A DNA stretch of 51,539 nucleotides, the filler included, from Basidioascus undulatus (taxonomy: Eukaryota), in assembly GCA_000826855.1 (NCBI GenBank). It is 3 parts of 3 records of this genome, joined end to end, with 100 filler letters (N's around TTAATTAATTAA, not from the genome) between each part and the next. Parts side by side here need not be neighbours in the genome. Positions count along the whole stretch, not along the records: positions 14,822 to 36,786 come from JTLS01000703.1; positions 36,887 to 51,539 come from JTLS01000705.1; 1 more part is not named here. The stretch is one strand, 5' to 3'. Numbering within the stretch: the stretch's first letter is position 1; every line of letters begins with the position of its first letter. Below the pieces are notes generated by a model. That model made no database searches. It had not been told where the DNA came from and was given only the letters and a program-made list of their open reading frames with translations. Made by a program: the position numbers and the translations under genes. Positions 36,426-48,095 of the stretch are shown here, piece by piece.

Positions 36426-36786
36426 AGGATGGAGGTCGCCCATAAAAATGCCAATCTGAGTGAGCGACCGCGATCGAGAGGCCGTGGCCGGTGTGGATAT
36501 CTCAAGAAAAGAGGAGGAGGTATGCGCGGACGCGATGGTCGAAGGAAGAAGACAGGCTGGCCAGCCGTGACTCGGGCGTTCGGAACGATGGCGTGCCGAG
36601 CTGTTAAAACCAGGACGCGACTCTGCAGACAAGGCGTCTTTCGAAGAACACTGCATCGCGGGCAGACAACATACACACCAAAGCATAGCGTAACGAATAA
36701 CGAATAAACGTCCACGAAAAGGTAGTACAAGCCCGATACATCGCTCTGCAACGCAAATCCAGAACACCCCCTCCCCCCTTCCAAAG

Positions 36787-36886
36787 NNNNNNNNNNNNNN
36801 NNNNNNNNNNNNNNNNNNNNNNNNNNNNNNTTAATTAATTAANNNNNNNNNNNNNNNNNNNNNNNNNNNNNNNNNNNNNNNNNNNN
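36787..36886. other. Assembly gap with artificial six-frame stop linker
   Basis: N44-TTAATTAATTAA-N44. Confidence 0.97.
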
Positions 36887-37519
36887 CCCCCACCCCGCCC
36901 CCTCAAACGCCGCCGCATTCGCCCCCGCAGCCATCACGTCCCTCAGTGCACAGAAGTCTCCCGCCTCGCCCGCGCCCGGCGCGTCCGCCGCCTTGCCGAG
37001 GAGGTACGGCAGGCACTGCCCACAGGGGTACGTGTCCGGCTGGGAGGGTGCGGTGAGGTTGTAGAGGGTCAAGCACGCAGTAGCGGACGCGGAGAGGCGG
37101 GAGCGCGAAGAGCGGGAGAGGCGCGCGAGGCGGACGTGCAGGATGATTATGTTTAAGAGCAGAATGAGGAGAATAAGAACGACCAACGTTCCGCCCGCGC
37201 GGCGCACGACCTTCCTCCTGGGCTCGACCTTCTTCCTCCGGAGTTCCTCCTCCTCTTTCAGAGAAGGCAGAGCCAAAGCCTCCCACGGGGGGAGCTTGCG
37301 CTCCTCCTCCGCGACGGCGCGCTCCCACTCGGCCGTGCGCGTCGAGATGAGCGAAGAGGGGCGCGTGGTGGGGGGGTAGAGGAAGGTTTGGGGTGAGTTG
37401 GGCTTGGAGGGGGAGGGGGCGAGGAGGTGCGGGGATGGGGACTGTCGTGGTGCGTTGATGGAGGACCGCGGGAGGGGGGAGGGGATGAAGGAGAGGTGCT
37501 CGCGGAACCGGAAGTCCAT
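36887..37519 (-). CDS. Type II single-pass membrane protein with a Cys-rich ectodomain start, truncated by the gap
   Basis: Pro/Ser-rich N-terminus, basic cluster, TM 'TLVVLILLILLLNIIILHV', then CLTLYNLTAPSQPDTYPCGQCL...FCAL...GW, running into Ns. Confidence 0.7.
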
Positions 37520-38039
37520 CTTGTCGTGTATTTGATTATCGAATGTGTGAGGACAATCGAAGTGCTAAGTGCGAAGCGAAGAGCAATGCGAGGAGTGCGA
37601 CCGAAGAGCTTGCGTGCGAGGTGGCGGTCTTTGAGCTTCGATGTTAAGAATGAGGATGAGTATTTGATTTCCCCGGGCAGACAGACAAAGATCTCTCCCA
37701 TCACGGCCCCAAGAAGCCGAGTATATCTGTTGACGTTCGTTCGAGACCGAGAATGGTGCGGCTGAAAGGGCAAAGGACAAAGAGAGCGGACGGAGGGCAA
37801 CAAAGGGCGCCGAGTTGCGGAGGACTCGCCTCGCTTGATTGATTTTATTTGACGCTTGTGAGGCTGGGGAGACGCTCGGTTGTGACGCAATATCCAGCGA
37901 GTGGTTGCCGGTTCGTAGACGGTCGATCTGTTCCTTCTCCCATCGCGATACTCGAACACTCAACGACACACCTCAGATCTACTCGATTTTTCACAAGTTT
38001 TCGAAGATCTTGGGAGCAAAGCAGTCTCTCCTAGCAAAT

Positions 38040-39263
38040 ATGGGTGCGTCCTGGTCGTCTCAGTCTTCGAGATCCGCCCTCACCTCACCTTGTCCTGGCG
38101 TCACAGCAACGACAACGCTTCCCCCGCTCGTCCAAGCGCTCTCGGGTGGGACGGGCAGCGCCGTAGCCAATGTGAGATTTGGGGACAATCTTGTGATTGA
38201 GCTGGCATAACTGTTGGGTCCCCGGCACAGCTCGCTATTTACCCGCTCGATGTCCTGTCCACCCGCCTTCAAACGTCCGAGAGCAAAGGCAAGCACACGC
38301 GGCGTCAGCCGAGTAAGCCTCTCCCCACCCCTTCCCCACGCTCCATCCTATCCACCTCTCATCTCCTCTCCCTCCAAGGCACCCCCCTGCTTCTCAAGCA
38401 CCTCCTCGACACCGAGGGTCTCTCGGGCCTCTACGCAGGGGTCGCAGCAGACACGCTCTCCTCGCTCTCCTCGCACACGCTCTACTTCTTCCTCTACTCC
38501 TTCCTCAGGCGCCAATCTCTCCGGCGGTCACCGCGATCTAAGGCACCTTCCGCCGCGGAGGAGATCGCGATCGGCTTTTTGGCCGGTGTGGGGAGCAAGG
38601 CGGTTACACTGCCGTTGAGCAATGTCGTTGTGGTGCAGCAGAACGAGAACGGGTCCGGAGGAGAGGGGAAGCGGAAGGGGATGAGGGAGGTCGCGAGGGA
38701 TATCGTTAAGCGGCGGGGGATCCTGGGGCTTTGGGCCGGTGCGTCGTCGTCCTCCCTCATCTTACCCCTCTTCCTCACGCGCATTTGCCAGGCCTCCCCG
38801 CCACCCTACCCCTCACCCTCCACCCCTCCCTATCCCTCTACCTCTTCACGCTCCTCATCCGTCTCACCCTCCCGCGCGCGCGCCGGGCGAAGCCGCGCGC
38901 GGCGGAGGTCTTCCTCGCCTCCGCGTCCGGCTCCGCGCTCGCCACGCTCCTCCTCTACCCGCTCATGCTCGCCAAGACGCGGCTCCAAGCGGGGACCGGG
39001 AAAAGCGGGGGGCTCGTCCAGGGGCTGAGGGAGGTGTACGCCCGCGATGGCGCGGCGGGACTGTATCGGGGCATGGAGCCCCAGCTTATTAAGGGCGCGC
39101 TTAATCAGGGGCTGACGATTCTGGTTAAGCAGAGGTGCGTGTGATTCGCTGTTCGAGCAGAGCGCGATGTTTACTTCCTCTTCGGTGCGAACACAGGATC
39201 GAGCTGGGCGTGATTGCGCTCTACTGGATGCTGCGCAGGCAACGAGCGGCCAAGGCGGCCTGA
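38040..39263 (+). CDS. ANT1: Mitochondrial-carrier-family peroxisomal adenine nucleotide transporter (Ant1/PMP34-like)
   Basis: LPPLVQALSGGTGSAVANLAIYPLDVLSTRLQ, GLYAG, TLPLSNVVV, YPLMLAKTRLQ, GLYRGMEPQLIKGALNQG: three Px[D/E]xx[K/R]-type repeats. Confidence 0.85.
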
Positions 39264-41855
39264 ACCGTCCCCCATCTCGCGTCATGCGAGCTCTGATTGA
39301 CTTATTGTTGTACTTGTAACTGCAACGAACAATTTACGATGACCCGCCATGAATCCATATCGGAGGCGCTCGTGATTGCCGAGACTCTGACTATTTCGTG
39401 TCAGCAGCCCGAGGGCAGTCTGGCGAGCGCATACCACCTACCACGGCTGCATTGCGTCGTAGAGTGCAGTTCTCGCGGGGGTTAAGCACCTTCGCCACGC
39501 CTTCACGACCAAGCAAGCGGGGTCGATGGCGGAGCGGCAGTCACTTGGGCGTCGTCGTTTCACTCACAAACTACTGCGGCCGCGTGCTAGGGAACCAACA
39601 AGCCACTGAGACAAAGGGATTACACACAAACTAAGTGGCTTTATCTAGTTCATTTCTACTGAAAGGATTGGATCGACACCTGAGGAGACGAGTTGCCAAC
39701 TAGGCACAGCACCGTCCGAATCCGCGGCTGGACGGACTGAGCTCACTGCATCTCCTGTATCCCTTCTTTCGTATATGCGCAACCATTTGGGTCCATCCAT
39801 GTTCAAAGAAGAGCAAAGTTTCGGACGGCCCTTACCCAAAGAGCTCAGGTATCCATGAGTCAAATGGGGACTTCGTGTATCTCTCGCAACGTGTCAACTA
39901 GGTGAAGCCCACACTAGTAGGCCCTGTTCAGGGTGAACTTCTCCACTAAAGCATTCAAAATGCTTACTTCCAAACAGGGTCGGCAGCGAAGCGGCAAGGG
40001 TGCGGCAAGACGCGAGTGCAACTGCGCTGGAGCATCTCGTCGTCAGTTAACGGGCGGGCACACACCTCCTGAGGGGTGCGCATCCGTTCTCGTGCTCATT
40101 CTGGTCTGAGCAGTCACGTCGGGTTCTCAAGCTGCTCGTACAGCCAGCCCGGGACTACCCGTTCGCTGCAGGCGCCCTCACCTGTCCGTCGTCGTGACTT
40201 CGTGAGTGCGTTAATTTGGATGTCATGCTTTTCTCAGTGTGAAGATGTCCGGAAGAGCTAACTTGAATGAGGAACGTCTTCATAAAATTGAGGATAAGCA
40301 ACGATGCGATCGGAGCAAGGCTGCACGCGGTTTTCCCGGCCAGCTGCGTGAATGGCAGACTGTAGACTTATCTGCGCAGCGCTCCATGGAATTGAAACAG
40401 GTTTGCCAAAGACGCTGACTGAGTGACTTGAGCAGTGAACTATGTATAAATAAGATTTTGAGCTGGTCTGCTCCTTTCACGCCAGCGTCAGGTCAATCGC
40501 CCAAGCGGCTGACTTAGCGGAGGTGCTGAAAACTCAGCCTTTGAGCACGTCCAATAGTCGTTTGAGTACGTAGATGTGCACTCTAGAATTAGACGTATCT
40601 ATCTTTCAGGTGTGGACGTGCAGGCTCTGAACTGCTTGTCGAATCAACTTGAAGGGGTGGCGGATTGATTCAAGTTGCCTGCTGTGTGAAGCAGAGTTCA
40701 AGGTGCGCACGGACGCCTTACCATGATCTGAAATTTGAAACTGCAGCTGAGTAGAGACATGCTTGCAGTTCGAGAGGTTCCGCGGGTTGTTGAAGTCCTA
40801 ATTTACTTAATACCATACCCATCGACCGCAAACGGTGCGCACTGAGCGGGAACAGCGGCATGGGGACGCTCGTTAAGCAGGCAACAGCCATTCTCCCCGT
40901 GCATTCTCTTCACCGCGCCAAAAAGCCTGTTCATTCCTATCGGAGCGGTCCTCTTCGCCCGAATCTCCCCCTTCATCCCCCTCCCGCATCCGACTCATGC
41001 TGAAGCTGCAGCAGAAAGGTTCCATTCAGTCTGACCCCAGGGGCCACACAGGTCTACAGCAATCTAGTGTTCGATAAATTACATTCATTAATGAGCTTAG
41101 AGAAGATCACGGGCGCAAACGGTCGCAAGAGCGCACCGGAGCCACGAAATGCTCACGCCGCAGCCTCAATTACACAGAAGCTGGCCTGGTAGGGATAGAC
41201 TGTCCCAGAAGTCAAACAAAAGGGCCGCCTCGTCTGCCACGACCATGCGCTGCGCAGTGGCGGATCACACAGGCGACTTCAATGCTCGGGTGCCCATTGC
41301 ATCTATCCCAACGCACGATCCGGACAGACAGAAACATCGCCTCACGATCTCAACGGATTCTCATCGACTAGTAATCTCCTAGCAATCTACTTCCCATGAG
41401 GCGGCTCCGGACATCCCCAATTAACGATCTGCATGCTTCTGGAAACCCATTCCCAAGGCTTTCCAAGGCCCCCACCGCGATAAGGCGCGAGCTGAAGGTG
41501 TAGCTGGCAAGATCGTTCGCCAAACCAAACCTCCTGCTCGAATACCCGTATGGAAGCATCGAACGATAATACTGCGCGGGATTCAAGAACCGCCGAAAAC
41601 CTCTCAGCCCGCTGTATTTCGTTGCAGCTTGATACGACTGCGGCCCTTCGACGCGCGCTTTGGGAAACACAGAACACGCTACTACCTGAACTATCGTGAC
41701 ACATCCATAGTAGTCTCTGCCCCGACCCCGAAGATGCCCTTGTGTGCACGCAGCAGCACGGGCGAAGCGAATAATTAGGCCTCAGGAGGCACCTTCTCTC
41801 TTCTACAAGAAACGAACTGAATAACCAACTGTCCAACGCCCCCTTCCCCGCACAC

Positions 41856-41888
41856 CAAGCAAGGAAGCAAGCAAGCAAGCAAGCAAGC
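41856..41888 (+). repeat. (CAAG)n microsatellite, imperfect, just 3' of GPR89
   Basis: CAAGCAAGGAAGCAAGCAAGCAAGCAAGCAAGC. Confidence 0.85.
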
Positions 41889-41897
41889 CCCCCACCC

Positions 41898-44150
41898 TTA
41901 GCCCATCTCCCTTACCCTCCCCATCACCCACCTTCCCCCTGCGCTCGCCGCCACAGCGACCAAGAACGCGACATCGAACGTGCCGCCGAAGAGCTCGAAC
42001 TCGGGCAGGCCGGCCAGGACGGAGGTGGAGTCCTGCGGGGAGGAGGAGGAGGAGAGGAGGGAGGTGCGGAGCTGGATGAGGGAGGAGAGGAGGTATGTCC
42101 CCTTTTTTTCCGTTCCACCACCCCACACAGCATCAGCCATCCACCACCCAAGGTAGGTTGGGGAGGGGAGGGACGTAAACGTACCATCAACTGCGCCAGC
42201 CCCAAAATCAAGAAACTCGTCCCCCTGCCCGTCCCTCCCTGCGCTCCTCCACCTCCTCCCCCTCTCTTCCTGAAAACCCCCCCAAGCCCACCAAGCAAGC
42301 TCCTTACATTCCCCAGGATGACCAAGCCCACCGCGGCGAGGCCGACCTGGCGCGCCCAGAGGTCTGCGTCGGCGGGCGAGTGCAGCGCGCGCGCGAGGAG
42401 CGAGCCGAGGAGGAGGGAGAGGTAGTCCGGCGAGGAGGAGGATGGGGAGGAGGGGTGGCGGGGGAGGAGGAAGAGGGAGATGAGGGACTGTTGCGGGGGG
42501 AGGTTAGTGAGGTGAGGAAGGGAGGGAGAGGGAAGGAGGAGGACGGACCATGAGAACGCGGTAGAGGCAGTAGAGCGCGAAGACCGGGGAGAGGAGCGCG
42601 TAGAGCCGCCCGCGCAGGGTGCGGGAGAACTCCTGGCGGGCCTGGAATCGGGGGCGTCGGCGAGATGAGCTTGTGGGAAGAGAAAGAGGAGGGGAGAGGG
42701 AACACGCACGCGCCGGGAGCGCAGCTCGTTCAGGTCTTTTTGCATCTGCGTCTCCATCGCTTGCAGGCCTGCGAGCTCGGCGCGGAGGTCGGCAGTGGCT
42801 GGATTTCGAGCACGAAGTAAGTCTCTCGTGCAGCTGTGAAGGGGAACAAGGTGGAAGACCCACTATCGCTGCCCCCAAACACGTTCCCCAGCCAGCTAGA
42901 CGCGTTCAACCCGCCCGCCGCAGCCGCGGCGTTCTCAGCTGCGTTGATCTCTGCGCGCTTCTGGGACGCCTGCTCGCGCACACGGTAGAGCCCTCCCTCA
43001 GCGGAGAGGACGTCGTCCTCCTTTACCGGGAGCCTGCCGTGTGTCCCGCGAGTCTCAGCACTGTCCAGTAACACAGGGGGAAGGAGAGGGAATGGTACCA
43101 GCTCTTCCTGGACACCGCCTGGCTGAACATCCTCGTGGTGCTGACAACTGCGAACCCCGAGAGGGCAGCGAGGACGACGATGCCCAGCGTGGCCGTGCGC
43201 GCGAGGAGGCGGAGCTGGAGCGTTGGTGGGGGCGGCGAGGGGAGCGGGATGAGCGTGAAGAGGAAGAGGTAGAGTGTGAAGGGCAGGAGGGCGAGGGCGA
43301 GCGTGCGGGTGAGGGATGCTGTGGGAAGGGGGAGGGGGTTGGTGAGTAAAGAAGGGAGGATGGAGGTGGAGTGGGGGAAGCAGGAAGACGGACGGGAGGT
43401 GGTGCAGAGGGATGAGGAGTAGGCGGTGCGGAGGCGGGTGAGGAGGATGCATTGGAGGAGGGGGATGAGGAGGAGGATGAGCGCCAGGAGGAGGTACAGC
43501 GACGTGTCGAAGCTGAGATGGAGGGCCCTGTGTCCCTCCCCAGCTCATCAGCTCCCCTCTCTCACTACCTCCTCAGTCTCCGGCAGTCTCACCTCTTCTC
43601 CCCCACTCCCAAGCCCTCCCCAACGCCCACCACAGCCATCCCCACGCCCTCCTCAAAAACAAGACAAAACGCGGCCCTCGCGGCCCTGGCCTCCCAGCGC
43701 GCCCTCCGCCCCGCGTCGCCCTCGGTCCGCCGCGCCCCCGGCCCATGGAACAGTCTGAGCACGCGCTTATTCTGTCGTGGCCGGCTTGACGGCGCGGGCT
43801 GGAGCTCGAACGGCGCGGAGGGGGCGTGATGGAGGGGGAGGTGCTGCGCGTTCTCGGTGTGGAGGGAGGGCGATGGCGGGGCGGAGAAGGAGGACCCGCC
43901 TGGGGTGGGCGGGGAGGCGGAGGAGGAGAATGGGTCGGAGGAGGAGGAGGTGCGGACTGCTTGGCGCAGAGAGGGCGTGAGGGTGCGGAGGAGGAAGGTG
44001 CGTGAGACGAGGTAGAGCGCGCCGCTGGGAAGGGTGGGCGCGGTCGTTAATGGGGATGTGCAAGGTGGGGTCGGGATTGGCGAGCACGCACCGCAGACCG
44101 ACGAGCGCGAGCGCCTCGACGCTGCCGTGAGGGGCGCTGGACGAGGACAT
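41898..44150 (-). CDS. GPR89: GPR89/Golgi pH regulator (GPHR; ABA-GPCR/GTG-like) membrane protein
   Basis: Multiple TM segments. GIVVLAALSGFAVV, a coiled-coil loop, FSRTLRGRL...FALYCLYRV, WARQVGLAAVGLVILGNVR, LGLAQLMGTYLLSSLIQLR, FDVAFLV. Stop at 41898-41900. Confidence 0.85.
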
Positions 44151-45159
44151 GGTGACGGCAAGGGGACAGGGCACCGAGAGGAGAGACGCGTTCAAGACGC
44201 GCGGGACTGCGGATGGGGTCGAAAGTCGCTGCGTGGGCAGTCTGCGTAACAGCCTGCCTGGCTGGCGGTGAGTTTGCTTGTGGTCTGTGAGTAGAAGAGA
44301 GGGGGGAAGCTGATTAAAGGGAGGGGGACAGGATGTGTTGGATGTTTATCGGGACAAGATGGAGCGGAGCAGGTGATGATGGATGGACTGAAGCGGCTTT
44401 TTTTTCATATGTGTTGCACGCTTGGGGCCATGCCCACATGGATCATGTGGATATCACGGCTGTAAATCCCTAGCTGCTATGATGGTGGATGGGCCAGAAG
44501 TCCACAGCAATGTCTGGTAAGGAAGCTGTGCACGTGGTCGCGGCAGGGGAAGGCTAGGGGGTTGAGGAGTGCGGCAGAGGGTTGTGACAACATAAAAAGG
44601 AAACACTGCGGAGGACAGCAAGCGGGCGTCGACGGGAACGGAGAAGAAGCTGGACGATAACATCCACGCATCGCGAAAGGCCATCGGCGTCCTGCCTCTT
44701 GTCGGGTCTTCGCCTGCCGAAGCTTCTCCGGTATCAGCAAAGTCAAAACTTCGAGATGAGATGAAGTATGTCGGACGAGGGTTGGACGTTGTTGTTGAAG
44801 CCCTAGAAGTTATGATCCCATCCTACAAAGTGATGCTGCGACTTGAGAATTCGAGAGATGTCCAATGGAGCGGTGTCTCGGCAGCTTTATTCAATCCATG
44901 TATGAGATCTTTGTCATAGTCCGTGCTACTGGCGCTGAAAACAATGAAACGAACAGCAGGCACATCGTGAAGTCGCAGCGATCACAGGCCGTTGCCAGCT
45001 ACATGTCTTGCTAGCGGCATTGCATCTATGGATCACAAAAGGGGTGTCGCTCACTGCAGAGGATGGGAGGACCACACATTAATGAAGCCTAGGTGTAAGC
45101 TTCACTGATCAATGCAGTGTGAGGCAGGCGGTAGGCCAATTCTGCCATTAATTCGTCCA

Positions 45160-46040
45160 CTAGCGTACCGACAACACGCTCAGAGTGAAATGTAAGTAAA
45201 TTCGCATGTTCAGAGGGCGCTGAATGTAAGTAACTTCGCATGTTGAACTGTTTCTAGCCTTCCCTGGCGGTGGTATGAGAACCGACGACCAGTACTTCAT
45301 ACTGGACGTTGTGACCGTCCCCAACCGCGTAGTCGGCAGTAACGTCTTACGGTGCTCGCTACGCAAGTCGTGCTTGCGTGCGGTCTCAAGCGAGATAGCT
45401 AACGAAGGATGCTTTCCAAGAAATACCAAGAGCTCTGAATTACATTAGGGTAGACAGAAACCCATCCAACCCGGCCCATGTTACTTGCTCCGCCCTCCCT
45501 TTTTTGGCGGCGCTTTTCTCTTCCCTTTCTCGTCGGCGCTTTCCCTTCTCCATTATCACATGCTCCGCCGAGGTCAGGTCGCCATACGCCTGTATGAAAC
45601 GTTCCCAGTCAGCCTCTCAACTCGGTGCAGGAGCTTATTCCGGCATCACTCCATGGGCTTACCTTCTCGAAACGCCATGCACCCCTGGCGTACGCGATGG
45701 CGTCCTTCAGCGGCCCGTACTCTGAGGGCAACCGCAACCCTAAATCTCCGGATAGCCTCTGCAATCGGCGCGCCAGTGTCGTCCATATCGGCGGCTTGCA
45801 CATCGAAGGTTGGGGATGCTGGAACGGCCACTGCCGCGAGAGCCAGCCGAGGAGCTCGGCAACGAGCTGGCATCTGCCTAGCCTCAGTGCCTCGCAGTGG
45901 GGTGGGACGTGCGTTGGGTGGTACAAGTCAGCTGTGGGCGACACGGGCGGGCCTGGTGTAAGCGGCGGGAGCGGCGGGGCAGCAGGCGCTGTTGCAACGG
46001 CGGCACTTCCGGCGGAGGACGTCGAGGCTTGAGGGTCCAT
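45160..46040 (-). CDS. Hypothetical multi-exon protein; 3' extent uncertain
   Basis: MDPQASTSS...ARGAWRFEK, intron GTAAGC..CAG, then AYGDLTSAEHVIMEKGKRRREREEKSAAKK: phase-consistent splicing, no family recognised. Confidence 0.4.
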
Positions 46041-46269
46041 ACTGGCGCTCGAATCGGAGATCGCGATTTCCGGCGACTAAGGCGAGAGGATGCAGCGTTC
46101 TTAGCTTCACATGCGTGGCAACCCTGATAGTCAGGGCAAGACGCACCTCCGACCTTCGCTTTTTACTAGCAGGAGGACGCACCACAACTTCGACGTCGGA
46201 GTCGTCGTCGGCTGAGGGACGTCATGGTGAGCGGTTGATTTGCTTCTTTCGTGCAAATTGACACGCACA

Positions 46270-46750
46270 AGGAATAATGATCTCTGGCTGGGCCTTTTTT
46301 AAGCTCCCGAACCTCGCTTCCTGGAGAGGGGAGTGCCATCAGCTTCTGCGTGTGACTACGGATGATACAATGATACAAGGCAGGCTGCCTACCGTGCAAT
46401 AATCATATGTAAGTATACGACGTTCCTCTTCGGGAAGATTTCTCCCTCGCACGTCCAGCGCACGGTATTCCACCTCCTGCCTTTGCCTCGCCGCCGCCTG
46501 CACAGGTAGAGGCACGCTATATCAGTACCAATTACCAAGAGCGTCAGAGCATCCACCGAACACGAGACACCTCAAACCGTTCCGTTCCCTTCAGCTGTCC
46601 CCCCAAGTCATACGCGCGGGCTTTCAGCGACCTCTGCTCGACCTCAGCTTCCTCCCGCTGGGGTTTCAGCCCCTCAATCTTATCTTGTCCGCGCTGGATC
46701 TGCGCGACCAGCTCGGCGTGCGCCTGCCGTTGTTCCGCCAGTGTCAACAT
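46270..46750 (-). CDS. Hypothetical coiled-coil protein or fragment
   Basis: MLTLAEQRQAHAELVAQIQRGQDKIEGLKPQREEAEVEQRSLKARA...FE, intron GTGTCT..CAG, then AAARQRQEVEY. Heptad-like pattern. Confidence 0.35.
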
Positions 46751-47018
46751 GCCGTACTGGGCGTGATGAAGGAGCGTGACCGAGCGAGGGAGGCCCTTGC
46801 GCGTAATCGGGCTTACGCGATTGGAAAACTCATGAAGTGCAGTTTCAAAAAGACCAGTTGATAGTTTTCTCCTTTTTTTTAGGAAGTTCAATAATCTTAC
46901 AGAATGGTAAGGAACCCCTTGCGGGCGACGTACACCCCCTTTTGCCGGCCCTAAACCACAGAGCGGCAGCGTCTCCCTCATTCCCCTTTCCTTCCATTTC
47001 TCCTCCCACCATCATCCT

Positions 47019-48095
47019 ATGTCTTCCTCAACATCACCATCCACTCATCTACGCGTAGCATGCGTGCAGCTCAACCCCGTTCTCGGAAATGTCGAAGCTA
47101 ATATCGCAAAAGCTCGATCCCTGACCGCCTCGTTCGTTTGTTTCGATCGCCTGCGTCGCAGCGCTGCTGCATGCTCACCAATGCAGCTGGGTAGACTGAA
47201 ACCCGGCCAAGTCGATCTCGTTTGTTTCCCCGAGATGACCTTCACTGGTGCACATCAGCCCCTAAACCTCAGCGAAGCTCGGGTCTGACACTTTTTATGC
47301 TTCAGGCTACGTCTTCACTTCGCCGTCCGCAATCGAGCCTTTCCTTTCACCAGCTTCCTTGAGTCCGACCACGGCTTTCTGTCGAAGTTTGGCGGAGCGC
47401 CTTGATTGTTTCGTTGCGGCTGGATTCCCCGAGAAGGGCGACGACGGGAAGGCCTACAACGCCGCGGTGCTCGTCGACTGCAACGGGATTCGGCACGTCT
47501 ACCGGAAATCCTTCCTATACGAGACGGATGAGAACTGGGCAGAAGAAGGTGCATTCGGTACCTTGGTTATTCTGCACATCGACTTGACACCTCTTCGCAG
47601 GTCCCGGCTTCCAAACCATTGACCTGCCCGCGCCGCTGGGTAGTACGACGATCGGAATATGCATGGACATAAATCCGAAAGGATTTGTCGCTCCGTTCGA
47701 CGCGTACGAGCTGGCAAACTACGTCCTATCCTCCGGCGCATCGACTCTTATCCTGCTATGCGCGTGGCTCGACTCTGCACCTGACGACGCGCATACGTCG
47801 TGGAGCCAGGATACGGTCCGATATTGGGCTGCAAGGCTTCGGCCGCTTTGGGACAGGGAGGACGGCGGGCCGGTCAACGTCGTCGTTTGCAACCGGACGG
47901 GGGTGGAGGAAGGTGAGACGCGTGGTCTAGAGCTGAGGCTTCTGTGTTCGGCGAACCGCTGATGTGGATGGGGAAGCAGGCGTTACGTTTGTCGGAAGCA
48001 GTACCGTCATGCGGTTGAGCCCAGGGGAAATCGATGTTGTGGGGCTACTGAAGAGGACGGTGGAGGGTGTTCTCGCGCTGGACGTACCCATATGA
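47019..48095 (+). CDS. NTA1: Protein N-terminal Asn/Gln amidase (nitrilase/CN-hydrolase family)
   Basis: LRVACVQLNP, DLVCFPEMTFTGY (Glu), YNAA, YRKSFLYETDENWAEEG (Lys), GICMDINP (Cys), APFDAYELA, YWAARL, VCNRTGVE, FVGSS. Confidence 0.92.
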
